NCBI RefSeq assembly: GCF_964194155.1
Contig: NC_135900.1
Coordinates: forward strand, 18,972,001 to 19,036,000
DNA from: Cetorhinus maximus
Lineage: Eukaryota
Length of the DNA stretch: 64,000 nucleotides
Direction: 5' to 3'
Below the pieces are notes generated by a model, which was not told the DNA's origin, did no database searches, and was given only the letters and a program-made list of their open reading frames with translations. Numbering within the stretch: the first letter of the stretch is position 1; the number at the start of each line of letters is the position of its first letter. This document shows positions 12,201-25,330 of the stretch, piece by piece. The translations under genes were made by a program, and so were the position numbers.

Positions 12201-15200
12201 GAAAGACCTGTTAAATAATGTATCAGTTCTATCGTCCTTCAACTTAATTTGTCCCTGGGTAGAAATGTGCATTAGTCTGAGTTGAATGTTTCTACAGCCT
12301 AAGTATTATGCTGTAGCTTTTCAATGTACTGTTATACAAGCACTTCAAGCTCAGTGAATGAGTTGTTGCAGGAAATTCTCCCAAAGAGAGCACCATGTAG
12401 TTAGCCTCATATTGGCAAGCAAATAAGATATGTACATTTGTGGAGGCAACACTGGCATACTGTATTCAAATTTGCTTAAAGTTAACTTGAAAGGATTTTT
12501 TTTTTTGTTTGGTTTGGACTTTTTTGGGGTTGGTGCTTGGTAGACCAATAATTTTGGGTAGAGTAGAGAAGGAAAAGCATATTACCTTGGCTGAGCGACA
12601 TTCCTAGCTGGAGAGTTTTAAAAAATGAAAATAGTTTGTTGATTGTTCTCTTACCAACAGAGCTGTCCAAGGTACAAGATGAAGAAGTTGGAGATGGAAC
12701 GACATCTGTGACAGTGTTAGCAGCCGAACTCTTGAGGGTAAGTGAATGCTTTCAGTTTGTGCAATTGCAAAATGTTGCCAAAAGAAAAAAGAATCCTTTT
12801 GCAATCTCAACATTTTTGTATTTTGCCAGCAATTGATTGTTTAGAGGTTACCTGCTTGTTAATTTATAATGGGAAATGATTAAAAATGTTAATCTTAGGG
12901 TATTATAAATAGGATGTATTTGCTGGTGTGTATTAAATGCCAGAATAAAATATGCAAACAATTGAGTACCCATTAATATATCTCCATTTTGATGGCTATG
13001 TTGCTATATATTCCAAATTGCACTAATGGTATTTCTTTGCACAAGAATGCCTTAAATGTTTTGAAATTCTAATGAATGTTTTGAATAATGAAGGGCAACA
13101 ACTTCCAGGTCGATAATGCTCTTTGCATGCCTCAGAGCATTTTATGATTGTGAGGAAAGGGGTACAGTGGATACTAAGAGCCAGGAAGTAGGAGGAGCAT
13201 GGAGACCATAGGGTTGGGGCAGGGGTGTGTGACTAAAATTCCCAGAGCACAAGAGCATAGGGTTGGATAAGTCTTTTACCCTTTTAACAGATTTTAAAAG
13301 CTAGAAACACTATTTTGTCACTTAATTTATTATTGGTAAATCATTGATCTAATGCACCTCTACAGAGCAGTAGTATGCATCAGTCTTGTGTCTGATGCTA
13401 CCAGAGCATGCAGTGCTGTCTGATGTTATATGACCAACGTTTTTTGAATTGATTGCCAAACAGAATTTAGGGCCTCACGCCTTTTCACATTATACATTTA
13501 TGTCCTATCATTACTTTCTCAGAGCTATAGCTTTAAATGACCTTCTGTGCATATTTTATAGAGGACAGATTGGTTGAATATTGAAGGCAGCTGAGACACA
13601 GCAGTAACATACTCTCAAAATATCATTTGTGATTTTGATTTATTGCCTTGTTGCTTTGGGCAAATTGGAAACCGTATTAGGGAGTCTCCAATAAGGAGTG
13701 GTGAAAGATAAGAATATATAGACAATTTTTCCAAGTCTTTGGAGGGGATGGGAATGTTTGACATACAGGTTGGTAGTTGGAAAGCATGGCAAAGTTTAGG
13801 ATGTATTTTTGAGGAAGAGAATGATGGGCCAGTTGCAGGTGAAATAGATAGTGTTTGATGTTGCCATTATGCAGGTGAGGAGGCTGGCTATGAGAATCTG
13901 GGACTGGAGTCCATTGACGGAGCAAGTAGTGTGTGGATTTCATGGATCTGATAAGTGAACTGGGATATGATGAAACAGTAACTGCAAAGGATGGAAGGCC
14001 AGAGGGAAAGCTGGAAGTTGGGGAAATGAAGGACACAGTATTCAGTTTTCAAAGTCTAAGTGAGGTGGTCTTGTAAGTTCCAAGATTTTTTCAGTTGTGA
14101 ATGTTATCTAAGGAGTGCTGGAGGTCTGAGAGGTAAAAGCAATTTGGACAATCTTGACATTAAGGAGTTTTGACTAGGAAGACGTGGTGACTGAATCGAA
14201 GCTGCTGGAGACCGTGAAGCTGAGCCAGTTGATGAGTTTTACATTATCACCTTGGCTCGATGGCAGTGTGCTCACTTGTGAGCCAGTTTTCAAACATCAA
14301 TCCAGGATAATGCTTAATAATGAAGAGAATGCTGCATTGTCAGAGATATCTTTAATGTGAATTTTCATGTTAACTGATTCTTAATGGCAACAGTAAATAA
14401 GTACATTTGCCTCTGACAGCAGAATGGAAAGTTGGAGTAAGTTGGATTAATACTTCCACAAATGCCACTTTGCAACTGCCACTAGGGGATGCACAAGATA
14501 ATTCACATGGCCTCCAAATTGAGTCTTGTCATTGAGTTTGGAAGCTTGACGTTGAGTGAATCACTGCTGTAACACTGCTCTGACAGTGGTTTAATGCATC
14601 AGTGTAATAATCTGTTTTGTTTACATAGGAAGTAATTAACATAAGCTCCATTTCTGTATTGTTTGTGCTTATGTTCTCATTGCATATTGGTTGTGTTTTT
14701 TAAAGAAATCATATATAATCAGCAATCTTACTGCAAAGGAATGTTTTTTGTGAATTTTGTTTAAATTGCTCTCAGGTATTAATTGTCGGCCTTAAATATT
14801 TAATTAATGGACTATTCGCTATCGCTGAGGAATTTTCTGCTTCCAAATAATCCAGTCAGTTGTTTGATTGGAAATGTTACTATAATATGCTTGGTTAGCT
14901 GTCAATAAAATTTGGTACTAAGCGATTTTATTTCTGAGTTCGATTCTATAGGCCTTTTTTTATCTTCTTAGGAAGCAGAATTACTTATTGCTAAAAAGCT
15001 TCATCCTCAGACAATTATTGCAGGCTGGAGGAAAGCAACTCAAGCAGCAAGAGATGCTTTGAAAAAAGCTGCAGTGGATCATGGGTGAGATCATTTTGTA
15101 CTTTATTTTATTTAGAAAAAAAGACTTAGAATATAAAAAGTAAAGGGATCTTCCTTATCAAGCAGTTTCATTCTAACTAACTCAACATTTAGTAAATGTT

Positions 15201-18200
15201 GCAAGGCAAAATCTTAATTTTCCTTTAGCCAAATTTCCCAGTTTTAAGATCTTGGAAATTCATTGATAACTACTTAGTCTTAAGTTATTTTGGATCTGAT
15301 AGGTTATTTTAAAAATGCTTTGAATTAAAGAAACTAGTCTAGAACCATCTTTTAAAGTTTTCAATTTTGATTTATATACTTGGATTTCAGATAGCATATG
15401 CTGATGCTAGAAAAAATCTCAAGTAGTTCAGATTTTCTATTTAAAAAGATTTTTTGATCATCAGCCAATAATTAACACATTTATAGCCTGTGCTGCTGTT
15501 AGATGCTTTCCCTTAGTTTTCCAATTACGTAGGGAAGACTTGTATGAATGCATTTTTTTTTTAGGGAATATCTCATTCTTTGCTCTTCAGTTTGCATTTA
15601 CGATAGAACAGAAGTCCAACATATCACTGGCCTTGGATAAACTTCAATTTAGCATATTCAGCTAGTCCATGGGCATGACTATTCTTATTGGTTGGGGAGA
15701 GAATGATTGCATATAATTTGCTGATCTTCATATCTTCGTGCTCGGGTATAGAAATACATACTGTGACTTCCCAGTTTTAAAAACTGAACTGGTTACAGTT
15801 TACCCCTTGCATCGTTTGATGTTAATCATTAGGGCTTTTTATATTGGATTGCATAATTGAGTAGTTGAAAGAATTGAAATGAGATTGGTGGTGCAAATAA
15901 TAAATTAGAGTACTTGTACAATTACGTTACCTTGCAATTATAAATGTTCTTGACGTCCCTCTGGCTCCTTTTTATTATCAGGGATGATGAAGCAAAATTC
16001 TGTGAAGACCTGATGAATATTGCCAGGACCACGCTCTCTTCCAAGCTGCTGACTCATCACAAAAGTCACTTTTCTAGTCTGGCAGTGGAAGCTGTGGTCA
16101 GGCTAAAAGGTTCTGGCAACCTTGAAGCTATTCATGTGATTAAGAAACTTGGAGGGAGCTTAATTGATTCCTACCTGGATGAAGGTAACATTTCAAAATT
16201 CATGAAAAAATGTTATAATCTAGATAAGTTTCTAGTAGAAAAAATTTGAGTTCCCCTTAGAATGATTAAGTGATGTCTGAAATAATGATACCAGAATGTA
16301 ATTTAAAAATAGCTTTTAGTGTAATCCTGATGCAGTTTACTTCGAATTCATGACAGTGCGTGTCTAATTTCAACAATATTCTTGCACGCATCTTGTGGAT
16401 TTCCACAACTATATTTCCTATCTGTCCTAACCCCCTCCCAGGCTTTCTCGTTTTCATAATTAGAAACCCCATAGTTTATGGGACCAAGCCACCCTACTTA
16501 AATCCAAGTCTTCAAGATCTTTTGCTGGTGTATGCTGTGCATTTGTGGCTGAATATTTATTTCTGTGTTGCACAAATGAGGGAAGGGATAATTTGAACAA
16601 ATTCTCCTTGCCTTCATTTCCAAATCTGCAAGATTAAAATTAGCTGTGATGTTGATATGAGCCATATGGTATTTATTCATTCTGCTGACCAATAATTAAT
16701 GGAATTTTTTTGTCATCCTTGCTACAAATTTTGCAGGGCTAGTGCATAAATATGAGTAGTTCAAGGAGCATTTGAGTTTTTGGAAAATGGTAATGATGTT
16801 CAATGATGAGATTAGTCAGATCAAGATAATATCGATCTCATCAAGACTGTTCAAATCTTAAAATAAGTATGTCCAATTGTTTGCAGGTTTTCTTTTAGAT
16901 AAGAAAATTGGAGTTAACCAACCAAAGAGAATTGAAAATGCAAAAATACTGATAGCGAACACCAGTATGGACACAGATAAAATTAAGGTGGGTGAGAATT
17001 GTCTGGGGTTCAGTTTCTGTGGTCTTAATGAAACTGCATGCCTCCAGTAGGCAAGGACAAGTGACTAGAATTACATTTGTTCATATTGTATGTTTTGACA
17101 GATATTTGGTTCGCGTGTGCGAGTAGATTCTACTGCAAAAGTTGCAGAAATTGAACTGGCTGAAAAGGAAAAAATGAAAGAAAAGGTGGAACGAATCCTG
17201 AAACATGGGATTAATTGTTTTATCAATAGGTAGTCATGGCATTTTTATTTTAAGAACATTATGATTTGCAAATCATTTGTATTAATGAGCTGCTTTTCTT
17301 TCAATTCAGTATTGCAGTAAAAGCAACAGTATATGAATACATTTCCATTTCTTTATTTCAGGCAGCTCATTTATAATTACCCTGAACAGTTGTTTGGTGC
17401 TGCAGGTGTCATGGCTATTGAACATGCTGACTTTTCTGGAATTGAGCGACTTGCACTTGTAACTGGTAAGGCAAAGAAGTAACTTGTAAGACACATTTGC
17501 CCTGTAGTTGAGTGGGCAGCATCAGAACCATTTCTTTCAAAAGATTGGTATCTGCTTTGCATATATCTGCTCATTATCCTTTAATTTCTTAGTATTTTAT
17601 TTTCCAGACATTCTGGTCTTAATTTTTTTAAACCTTAAATTTAATTTCTTTTTTCAAAATAGCAGTTTATGTGGCAATTTTGCCTGGTATTTCATAATAT
17701 ATGATGAATTTGTTGTCAAATGCCTAGAAATCTTGAATTTATTTCTAAGCCCATACTTTTCCAAATGCCAATTAATTTCTTCCAGGATTAATGCCTCTAA
17801 ATATTTCCAAATCACTGGCAATGACTGACCTGGCCTGTAGTTTATTCCTCCACCTTTTAAATTGTGAGAGATATCAAGAAACAGCTTAAGTCACTGGATA
17901 CAGCAAAGGCTATGGGTCCTGACAGCATCCTGGCTGTAATACTGCAGATTTGTGTTCCAGAACCTGCTATGCCCCTAGCCATGCTGCTCTAGTACAGATA
18001 CAACTCTTTTATACTCAAAATGTAGAAAATTGTCCAGGAATGTTCTGTTCACAAAAAGCAGGACCATTTCAATGTGGCCAATTACCGTCCCATCACTTGC
18101 TTCACAATTAGCAGCAAGGAGATGGACAGCGTCGTTGGCAGTGCTATCAAGCAGCTCTTGCTCTACAGAAACCTGCTCATCCAGGACAAAGCAGCACATT

Positions 18201-21200
18201 TAATTGGTATCTCAGCCACCATCTTAAACATTCATTCCCTTCACCTTCAACAGCACCTTCCAAATCTACAGACTCAACCACTTAGAAGAATAAGAGCAGC
18301 AGACACATGGGAACACTGCCACCATCCAGACTTGGAACTATATTGCCTTGCCTTCTCTGGTCCTGAAACTAAAAATCCTGGAACTCCCTCCTTAACAACT
18401 GTGGGTGTATCCTACACTACATAGACTTCAGCAGCTTAAGAAAGTAACTCACCACCACCACCTTGAAGGCAATTGGGGCTGGGCAATAAATCCTGACCCT
18501 GCCAGTGGCGGCCACCCAAATTAATTTAAATATCCCCTTTCCCCAAGGATCATTGATTCCAGCTGTGCCAAGTTGTGACCCATCCACCTTTGTACAGGCC
18601 TTTCCTGCCCCAGAACTGGTTCCAGTGATGAAAAACTGAGGGATAGGGCCATATTGTACTATGTTTTTGTGATCCACAAGTAGCTGATCACTGAACTTTG
18701 AGTAAACCTTTGACTCTAAACCAGTGTCCCTGATCATTTTACTAGTAGGAGAGTACTTCAATCCCAAGAGAGCTATTTTCACAGACTCTAAAATGTGCTA
18801 TGATAAAATAGACTGCATTTTGCATACTTTTTAATGCTGAGTAGGCCAGAGCTGTAAATATTGAATTTGTACATTACATTTTTAGAGAATGAAGAAATTT
18901 GTAAATCTCTGTATATTATTTTGTTTAGTTGTATGTAGGTGGTGGACATTAACTAACTGGTGATTCCACTATAAACAGACACAGACAAACTGTGGTTGTT
19001 GGGTTAGAAGGTGCTTGCTTGTAATGTGTAACTCTAAATAAATGATAATAAAAGTCTGTAAAGATTTGCTGCAGTTCTATCATTCACCACTGACTTTCTG
19101 GAGTAGAGCACCCTGTTGTAACATTTTCATCCTTGAAATTAAATTTTGAAATTCTTAAAATATGAAAAAAGTGTCGGCAGTGTTGAGAGAGCAAAATGTG
19201 TTTATGCACTTAATGAATATTGATCTCAAACGGTTTAGTGAACTACTGTGACTAATTTCAGGTGGCGAAATTGCTTCCACCTTTGACCATCCTGAATTGG
19301 TTAAACTGGGACACTGTAAGGTTATTGAAGAGGTCATGATTGGTGAGGACAAGTTACTTCGTTTCTCTGGAGTAGAGCTAGGTAGGTAACTGCTCACATT
19401 AATACAAGTCCTTAAGTAGCTTAATAAATTTGATATTTTTCAAGATTCTTGATAAAGTTGTTAAAATACAGTGTATAATAATTCTAACATATTAACTTGC
19501 ATCACTTACTATATCTTTCCACTCATCCTAAAGGTGAGGCATGTACCATTGTTCTTCGAGGAGCCACTCAGCAGATTCTAGATGAGGCTGAACGATCTTT
19601 GCATGATGCCCTCTGTGTACTTGCTCAGACAGTGAAAGAAACTAGAACTGTTCATGGTGGAGGTATGTTTTTTTTTTACTTTTATCGATGGCTTGCCAAT
19701 CACTCAGAAGTTTAGGTTTAGATAAGGTGCCAACTTTGAAACAGGGACTGTGATTTTGCCCACCGTGCATTTTGAACCCTACTGGAATCCCTACAAACTT
19801 TCACTTTTTAAATAAGTGATTTAAAGAGGTTTTTGATTAGTGCTGAAGTGTTGTTTGGACAAATTTAGTAACACCCAATGTATGAATGTTGATGCCACTG
19901 TGTTGCTGTGCTTTTTTAAACTCGTTACTGAACTGATACATGGCAAAAAGATGATTTGTGGAAATGCTAGTTCCTGCTTATCGGTTCCCAGTTCATTAGC
20001 CAATGTATCAAGTGAATTTTACAAAACTCCTAACTTTTTGCTAATACCACTTAGATGGGATTACGTTCAATAGATAATTTCTCCTTAATGAGTGAATGAG
20101 TCAAGAAACACTGGTTTCTACATGAAATTGGTGATGCGCTGTTATGACATGGCAGATGTGTACCAGGCGGACCAAATCCATGAGGGAAACTTGATCACAA
20201 CAGTTTTGCAATTTGTATTTATTTCAAGATGTATGCACTGAATTCAGAAGTAAGAAGCCCACCAAGGTTTTTGAAGTTTTTTTTTAAAAAAAACTAAATT
20301 AAAATATTTATTAACAAAAAAGACTTCGAGCACATACATAAAACCACAAATTACTACCATAATAACTCCTAAAATTCCTAAGTAACCTGACTCTGTTACA
20401 CCTCCTTTAAGGCAACGGTCCAAAGCTAAATTTTAGATTTTAAACAGCTCCAGCAAATTAACACAATACACTGGACTGTGGAATTCCAAATGACTTTTCT
20501 CTAGCTTCAGTTTCAGTAGACAGACTTTTGCAAAAATACTGGAGGCTTCGTTAAGACTATTTCACACACTTCTGTTAGATCTCACAATGCCTTCTCCTGA
20601 CACAGCCTCATTCTCCTTTGTATATGTTTCTCTCTTAATATGTAAATTCTGTTGTTTCATAAGTCTTTGAAACTATCTCCCTCGTAACATAAAAGCTTTC
20701 ACGTTGTCACAATACATTGTCAGTAACCCTTGGGGAAAAATAAACACATTCCTTACCCTTGCTTGTCTGGCCGTTTGTAAATGGACTGAGATCCCTTCGA
20801 AATCCTAATCTCCCTTCATTTATCTAAAAATGCAAACCCCCTTCACACCTTGCATGCTAAGCCAGCACAAAAACAGAATTACCTGGAAAAACTCAGCAGG
20901 TCTGGCAGCATCGGTGGAGAAGAAATCGGTTAACGTTTCGAGTCTTCATGACCCTTCGGCAGAACATTTTGTTTTTATGCTAAACCAGCATTCATTTTTA
21001 CTCATTAGCATGTCAAGCACCTAGCTTCTTTTGAAGAGTTAACACATGCAGTCTACTTGACTCCGAATGTAATTAAATCATACACAGACAGACCTAACTG
21101 TACTTACCCCCATAAACCTACTTTACAATAAACCAGAAAAATATTCCGAAAATTATTATACTTTGACATGTGTGTTACCAATTGTAATCCACAATAATGA

Positions 21201-24068
21201 TGGTAAATGGTTTGTCTATTTGTCTAATTTTAAAACTTTTAACAGATTAAGTGCTGTATATTGAATGATTCATGGGCGTAGATTTTTATCCAATACTTAT
21301 TTCGTAAAACCCATGCCCTGTTTTTGGTATGTGCCCTTCCACTCTCATCTAGGGTACCCAAAGGATCCATGCTTGGCTTTCTCTTCTAAAAGCTTCCCCT
21401 AGTGACATCACCCAAAGACATGTGTTATATAACTGCAAATATTTGTCCTGGTCAACATTTTAGTTCTCCACCTTGTCCTGTGTGCCTATGCAAAACCGGA
21501 ACTATGTTTCAGAAGTAATTCACTAATTGTGAAGTATTTTCAGGTTGCCTTAAAACATGGCGGATGCATGTTCTCTCTGCTTAATTTTATTCTTTTTTAA
21601 AATGAAGGGATTGTAGGTTATTTCTAAATGCATGGAAAGCTTGAGGTGAATGCCGAATTGGTGTTGGGACTTGGGTGGATGACGATCTTAGTACACACAA
21701 CCCCACAGCAAAAAATGTGAACCAACATCAAGGAGATTGGTGTATCTAATGTTGACATTTTTCAAGAATATAATTTAATGGCAAAAGCAATATGGAAGCT
21801 GACAGTTTAAGTTGTCAGCTTGTCCTGCATCTGACCCACCAAGCTAGTCTCAAATCAGAAGCACCCTCAGAAAGAATGCTGAGCAAATTCACTTGTTTGA
21901 GGGGTGCAACTAATGTTCCAGATTTTCTTAACATGCAATACAATAATTACCTTTTTGATAGGACTCTTTTCTTTCTCCAGGCAGCTCAGAGATGTTAATG
22001 GCACAAGCTGTGTCTGATTTGGCTGTTAGAACACCAGGGAAAGAAGCTGTAGCAATGGAGTCATTCGCTAAAGCACTAGGAATGGTAAGTTTCAGTACAG
22101 GGTTGTACCTCGCTTTCCACAGTCCCAACTTGCCACCTTCTGTCCTCAATAGGGAGTTAACTTTCAATGCTTTGATTACCAGAGTTGTTCAATGCACACA
22201 ACTATATAATTTAAATAATTTTGTATGCAATTGTTACCTAACTTGACTGTCCTGTGATGTTTAAGCTTTTATAATTGTTGTTTAATCATGCCAGTTAATA
22301 AGTGTTTATGGGGATTGCTATTAACTTGAACTATTGAGAGTAGATAATCTTAACTGCAGCCATCCACTTGGTTTCTTAATAACTGCAGATTTCTAAAACT
22401 GATATAACTTGCAAACCAATAATTCCAGAAAATGTATGTTCCTATGAATATTATAAGATTTTGCCAGAGGCATGTTTCACTTATGGCAGAAATGGAGTTG
22501 GTAGCAGTTTGACCGTACTTATCCATACTGGTTTAATGTTCCTACATTTGCTGCTGTACAATGTGAGCAAAGGAAAGGCCTTAATGGGCAGCTCAATTCT
22601 GTACCATGTTATGCACCAAATTTAAATCGTGTTCAGAGTTGAGATTCACTCTGAAATGGAGGGGAAATCACCTAGAGTTCCATCTTCTGTCATAGTTTGC
22701 ACTTGCACTATAAAGCACAAGATTGTAGATGTTAATACTTTATTCCTTTTAAATTAAGTTCTAATCACAGATACCAAGTAAAACTAGAATGTATCTACCA
22801 ATGAAAACCAGTTACTGGGAAATTATTCTTCCACACAAAATTACCAAGTTAGTAATGTCAGCAATAACCACTCCCATCAGTGGTTCCAGATTATAGCGCT
22901 GGGCTCGATGCTTGTTCTTTCCATCTTGTACATTAGCCATGTCATGCTTATAAACATCTGATCAGTCATTCTGCAAATTGTTCCACTGGTGCTGAATTGA
23001 ACACATCAAATATGGCTGAGGTACACCAATGATTTTCTCACACTATTTTAAGCCTCTGCTTACCATTAGCACACTGTGAAGCTGACTCTTGTCAGTATTG
23101 AATATGATGCCTGACCATGCTTGAGTACACAACTTTCTTGTACTTATAATGAAAATCTAAAAGCTTCACGTGTCCTGTGTACCAAAAGGATCATACGTCC
23201 TGCAAATTGTGAAAAAACAAATCAATTTGATGTACTATTTCTAAGCTTTACACTATTTGTATAAAAAAAAAAGTATAGTTAAATTTAAAACCACTTCTCT
23301 ACCTATGGTGCATTTATGCTTTTCTTTACCCCCAGCTTCCCACTATTATAGCTGATAATGCTGGGTACGACAGTGCAGATTTAGTGGCTCAGTTGCGAGC
23401 TGCTCATAGCGAAGGGAAAACAACATATGGATTAGGTAAGCAACCCAGCGGAGCTTTTTGAATTTGCTTGAAATGCATTTAAATTGACTTCAGGGCTATT
23501 ATGTAAAGTGATTTGCTGTAATAAGTAAAAATCTGCAATTTCTATTGTTAGACATGACCAATGGCACCATTGGGGACATGGCAGTGATGGGTATTACAGA
23601 GAGCTTCCAAGTGAAGAGACAAGTACTGTTGAGTGCAGCAGAGGCTGCTGAAATGATTCTTCGCGTAGATGATATTATTAAAGCAGCACCAAGGTAAAGC
23701 TTTATATATGCCAGGCATTGACTAAGATTAATAAAACTGTTAAATACAAAAAAATGCTTTGTGTGCATATGATCTGCTCAAAAAGAAAAACATTTCCTGA
23801 GCAGGATTCTGTTTTTTTTTGTGTTCACGTGCTGCCACTCAAAATTCCCTGCCTGCACTAATTTATGGAAGTCTAGTAATATATATAATGCATCAATGGT
23901 AGGAGAAGATCCTATATGTTGATTGCACCTTTGCATCTTTTATTTGTAAACTCTACATTGCAGGTAATGTCATTTATATATGATGGTCAGTACAATTGTA
24001 ATGTTTATTGGTAATATAGATTATATCTCTCTTTCAGGAAACGGGTACCTGATCACCATCCTTGCTGA
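2671..24068 (+). CDS. CCT2: T-complex protein 1 subunit beta (CCT-beta), complete gene, 16 coding exons, 535 aa
   Basis: Exons: 2671-2673, 5268-5342, 11728-11793, 12006-12117, 12661-12737, 14972-15084, 15982-16184, 16887-16987, 17102-17229, 17362-17465, 19262-19381, 19534-19662, 21981-22084, 23336-23435, 23552-23693, 24038-24068. They sum to 1608 nt in frame with GT-AG introns. The protein reads [26 protein letters not shown]...LGPKGMDKIL...TNDGATIL...GDGTTSV...[14 protein letters not shown]. Confidence 0.99.
3440..4470 (+). mobile_element. Two nested CR1-clade LINE 3' fragments (younger copy at about 3872-4337) in CCT2 intron 1
   Basis: Two successive YEERL-RLGL-SL / [12 protein letters not shown]-like segments and two 3' UTR ends. 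Confidence 0.8.
4490..4940 (-). mobile_element. Old L2/CR1-like LINE fragment
   Basis: Degenerate purine-rich segment resembling a LINE 3' region; recognised by eye only. Confidence 0.4.
5268..5342 (+). CDS. CCT2: CCT2 exon 2
   Basis: TATAG|[25 protein letters not shown]|GTAAG. Confidence 0.97.
7444..8209 (-). mobile_element. Solo LTR (Gypsy/Gmr1-type)
   Basis: TGTTATGA...TCATGA ends. Closely similar to 46105-46783, with similar architecture to the LTR at 59333 that is attached to a Gmr1 pol. Confidence 0.75.
8262..9985 (-). mobile_element. Second CR1-clade LINE (RT half) nested in the previous LINE
   Basis: ORFs [13 protein letters not shown] (9232-9450) and [20 protein letters not shown] (8403-8831), with its own 3' tail at about 8265. 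Confidence 0.9.
11728..11793 (+). CDS. CCT2: CCT2 exon 3
   Basis: TTCAG|[22 protein letters not shown]|GTAAG. Confidence 0.97.
12006..12117 (+). CDS. CCT2: CCT2 exon 4
   Basis: [37 protein letters not shown], with AG/GT boundaries. Confidence 0.97.
12661..12737 (+). CDS. CCT2: CCT2 exon 5
   Basis: [25 protein letters not shown], containing the GDGTT ATP-binding loop. Confidence 0.97.
14972..15084 (+). CDS. CCT2: CCT2 exon 6
   Basis: [37 protein letters not shown]. Confidence 0.97.
15982..16184 (+). CDS. CCT2: CCT2 exon 7
   Basis: [27 protein letters not shown]...[11 protein letters not shown]. Confidence 0.97.
16887..16987 (+). CDS. CCT2: CCT2 exon 8
   Basis: [33 protein letters not shown]. 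Confidence 0.97.
17102..17229 (+). CDS. CCT2: CCT2 exon 9
   Basis: [42 protein letters not shown]. Confidence 0.97.
17362..17465 (+). CDS. CCT2: CCT2 exon 10
   Basis: [34 protein letters not shown]. Confidence 0.97.
17870..18522 (+). mobile_element. Internally deleted CR1/L2-type LINE fragment in CCT2 intron 10
   Basis: [10 protein letters not shown] and ANYRPI motifs, then a 3' UTR with GCAATAAAT. Confidence 0.75.
19262..19381 (+). CDS. CCT2: CCT2 exon 11
   Basis: [39 protein letters not shown]. Confidence 0.97.
19534..19662 (+). CDS. CCT2: CCT2 exon 12
   Basis: [42 protein letters not shown]. Confidence 0.97.
20140..21168 (-). mobile_element. Solo LTR of the Gmr1-type family in CCT2 intron 12
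   Basis: TGTTATGACA...TTTGACA termini. The 5' part aligns by eye with the LTR at 59333 (GGCAG...ACCAAATCCA...GGGAAACTTG...TTTTGCAATTTGTATTTAT). Confidence 0.8.
20868..20976 (-). mobile_element. Penelope-like terminal-repeat fragment with a 14-bp target-site duplication and a hammerhead-like fold
   Basis: Flanked by ATGCTAAGCCAGCA (20854-20867) and ATGCTAAACCAGCA (20977-20990). Confidence 0.75.
21981..22084 (+). CDS. CCT2: CCT2 exon 13
   Basis: [34 protein letters not shown]. Confidence 0.97.
23336..23435 (+). CDS. CCT2: CCT2 exon 14
   Basis: [33 protein letters not shown]. Confidence 0.97.
23552..23693 (+). CDS. CCT2: CCT2 exon 15
   Basis: [46 protein letters not shown]. Confidence 0.97.
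24038..24068 (+). CDS. CCT2: CCT2 exon 16 (last coding exon)
   Basis: TTCAG|(R)[12 protein letters not shown]. Confidence 0.97.
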
Positions 24069-24265
24069 GCCATGAACATCAATAATGAGAACATTTGGAC
24101 TCGTGCCAACAGTGAACACGGGACATCACCCAATAGAACTAAAATAGAAAATTTGTATTTATAAAACTGTATCACATTTAAGTAAAAGTCTTGGTTCAGT
24201 TTAACTACAAGATCTTTCTTGTAGATGAGGCTCTTGAAGATGAGGCTGTATTCAGGTTGTCTTAT

Positions 24266-24271
24266 ATTAAA
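24266..24271 (+). terminator. CCT2: Candidate CCT2 poly(A) signal ATTAAA
   Basis: About 200 nt after the stop codon and followed by U/GU-rich sequence. AGTAAA at 24181 is an alternative. Confidence 0.45.
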
Positions 24272-25330
24272 GTTTTGTCATCACAAATCCTTATGCTGTT
24301 TACTTGAAGCATCTGTTTATATTTTCCTGAAAGATCAACAAAACCCACTATAGATTATTAACAAAATAGGAGAGAGAAAAAATTCTGCTCTCAGGTTTCC
24401 ATAAATCTTTGAAACTGTAAGTGTGAGCAAAAAATATTATTAAGATGAATGGAATTCTAACTTTATGCATCGAGTTAATGAATGTAAAATAATATAAAAC
24501 AATAGATGTTGAATATGTATAGTGCCTTGGTGGGGCCACTTTTGAGTATTCTATGTAGCTTCTTGGAGGAAGGATGTTACAGCAATGAAAAGACTCACTA
24601 GAATTATACCAGGTATAACAATGGTTAAAGCAATGATCAAAAGGGGTCAAAAAATTGGATCTTATCCTCTCTGAACAAATTATTAACTGACATCAGAAGT
24701 TTTAAGATTTTGAGCAGTTACTTATTATTTGACAGTTCAGTAGTAGTAAACTCAGGATTAACACAAAGGGGGAGTTATAACTTCATGAAGGTTGTTCAGT
24801 GTAGAATATTTTACTACAGATGTCTTCAGGTTGAGGCTGCAGCATAGCTTGAGATAATTGGATCACTTTATGCAAAGGAAGGCTGTGAAAGGATATGGGG
24901 AAGTGAGATGCTTATGTAGCCCCAATTAAGGAGTTGCTACAACCAAACAGATGCGACGCCTTCTCTGTTGTAAATCCTTTAGTTTTTGAACTTCAGTGTT
25001 TTACTATGCAGTGAATATTTTTGGTGTGACATATTTTGATATTAAGCAGACTTTCAAAGAGCTGGAGCATTTGTCATTTATTACTGTGGTGCGAAACATG
25101 GGAGGGTGAAGTAAATTTAAACGAGCAGCTTTCTCATTCCGAACTCTTGGTTTGTCAGGTTCCTGGGAAATATTTTATTTGTGCTATTTTTAAAATGGCT
25201 TTGGAGGGATCTGGATTCTAAAGGTGAGTTTAAATTACAAGTTTAATGCCAGTGCAAAGTAGTTTTGGTATAAGCTGATCTCCAGTTTGAACAACCTGCT
25301 TTGGTATTCCCACATAAGGAAAGATTGTAT

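Noticed and set aside
16804-16843. ATGATGA plus a 9-bp hairpin in CCT2 intron 7 (possible C/D snoRNA)
   Set aside because: No downstream CTGA D box before the acceptor, and the putative C box is buried in the stem.
22470-22563. Hairpins followed by ACA in CCT2 intron 13 (possible H/ACA snoRNA)
   Set aside because: No ANANNA H box between the hairpins; a snoGPS/Infernal search would be needed.
23883-23935. ATATAA followed by a ~40-nt hairpin in CCT2 intron 15
   Set aside because: No correctly placed ACA box and no convincing first hairpin.
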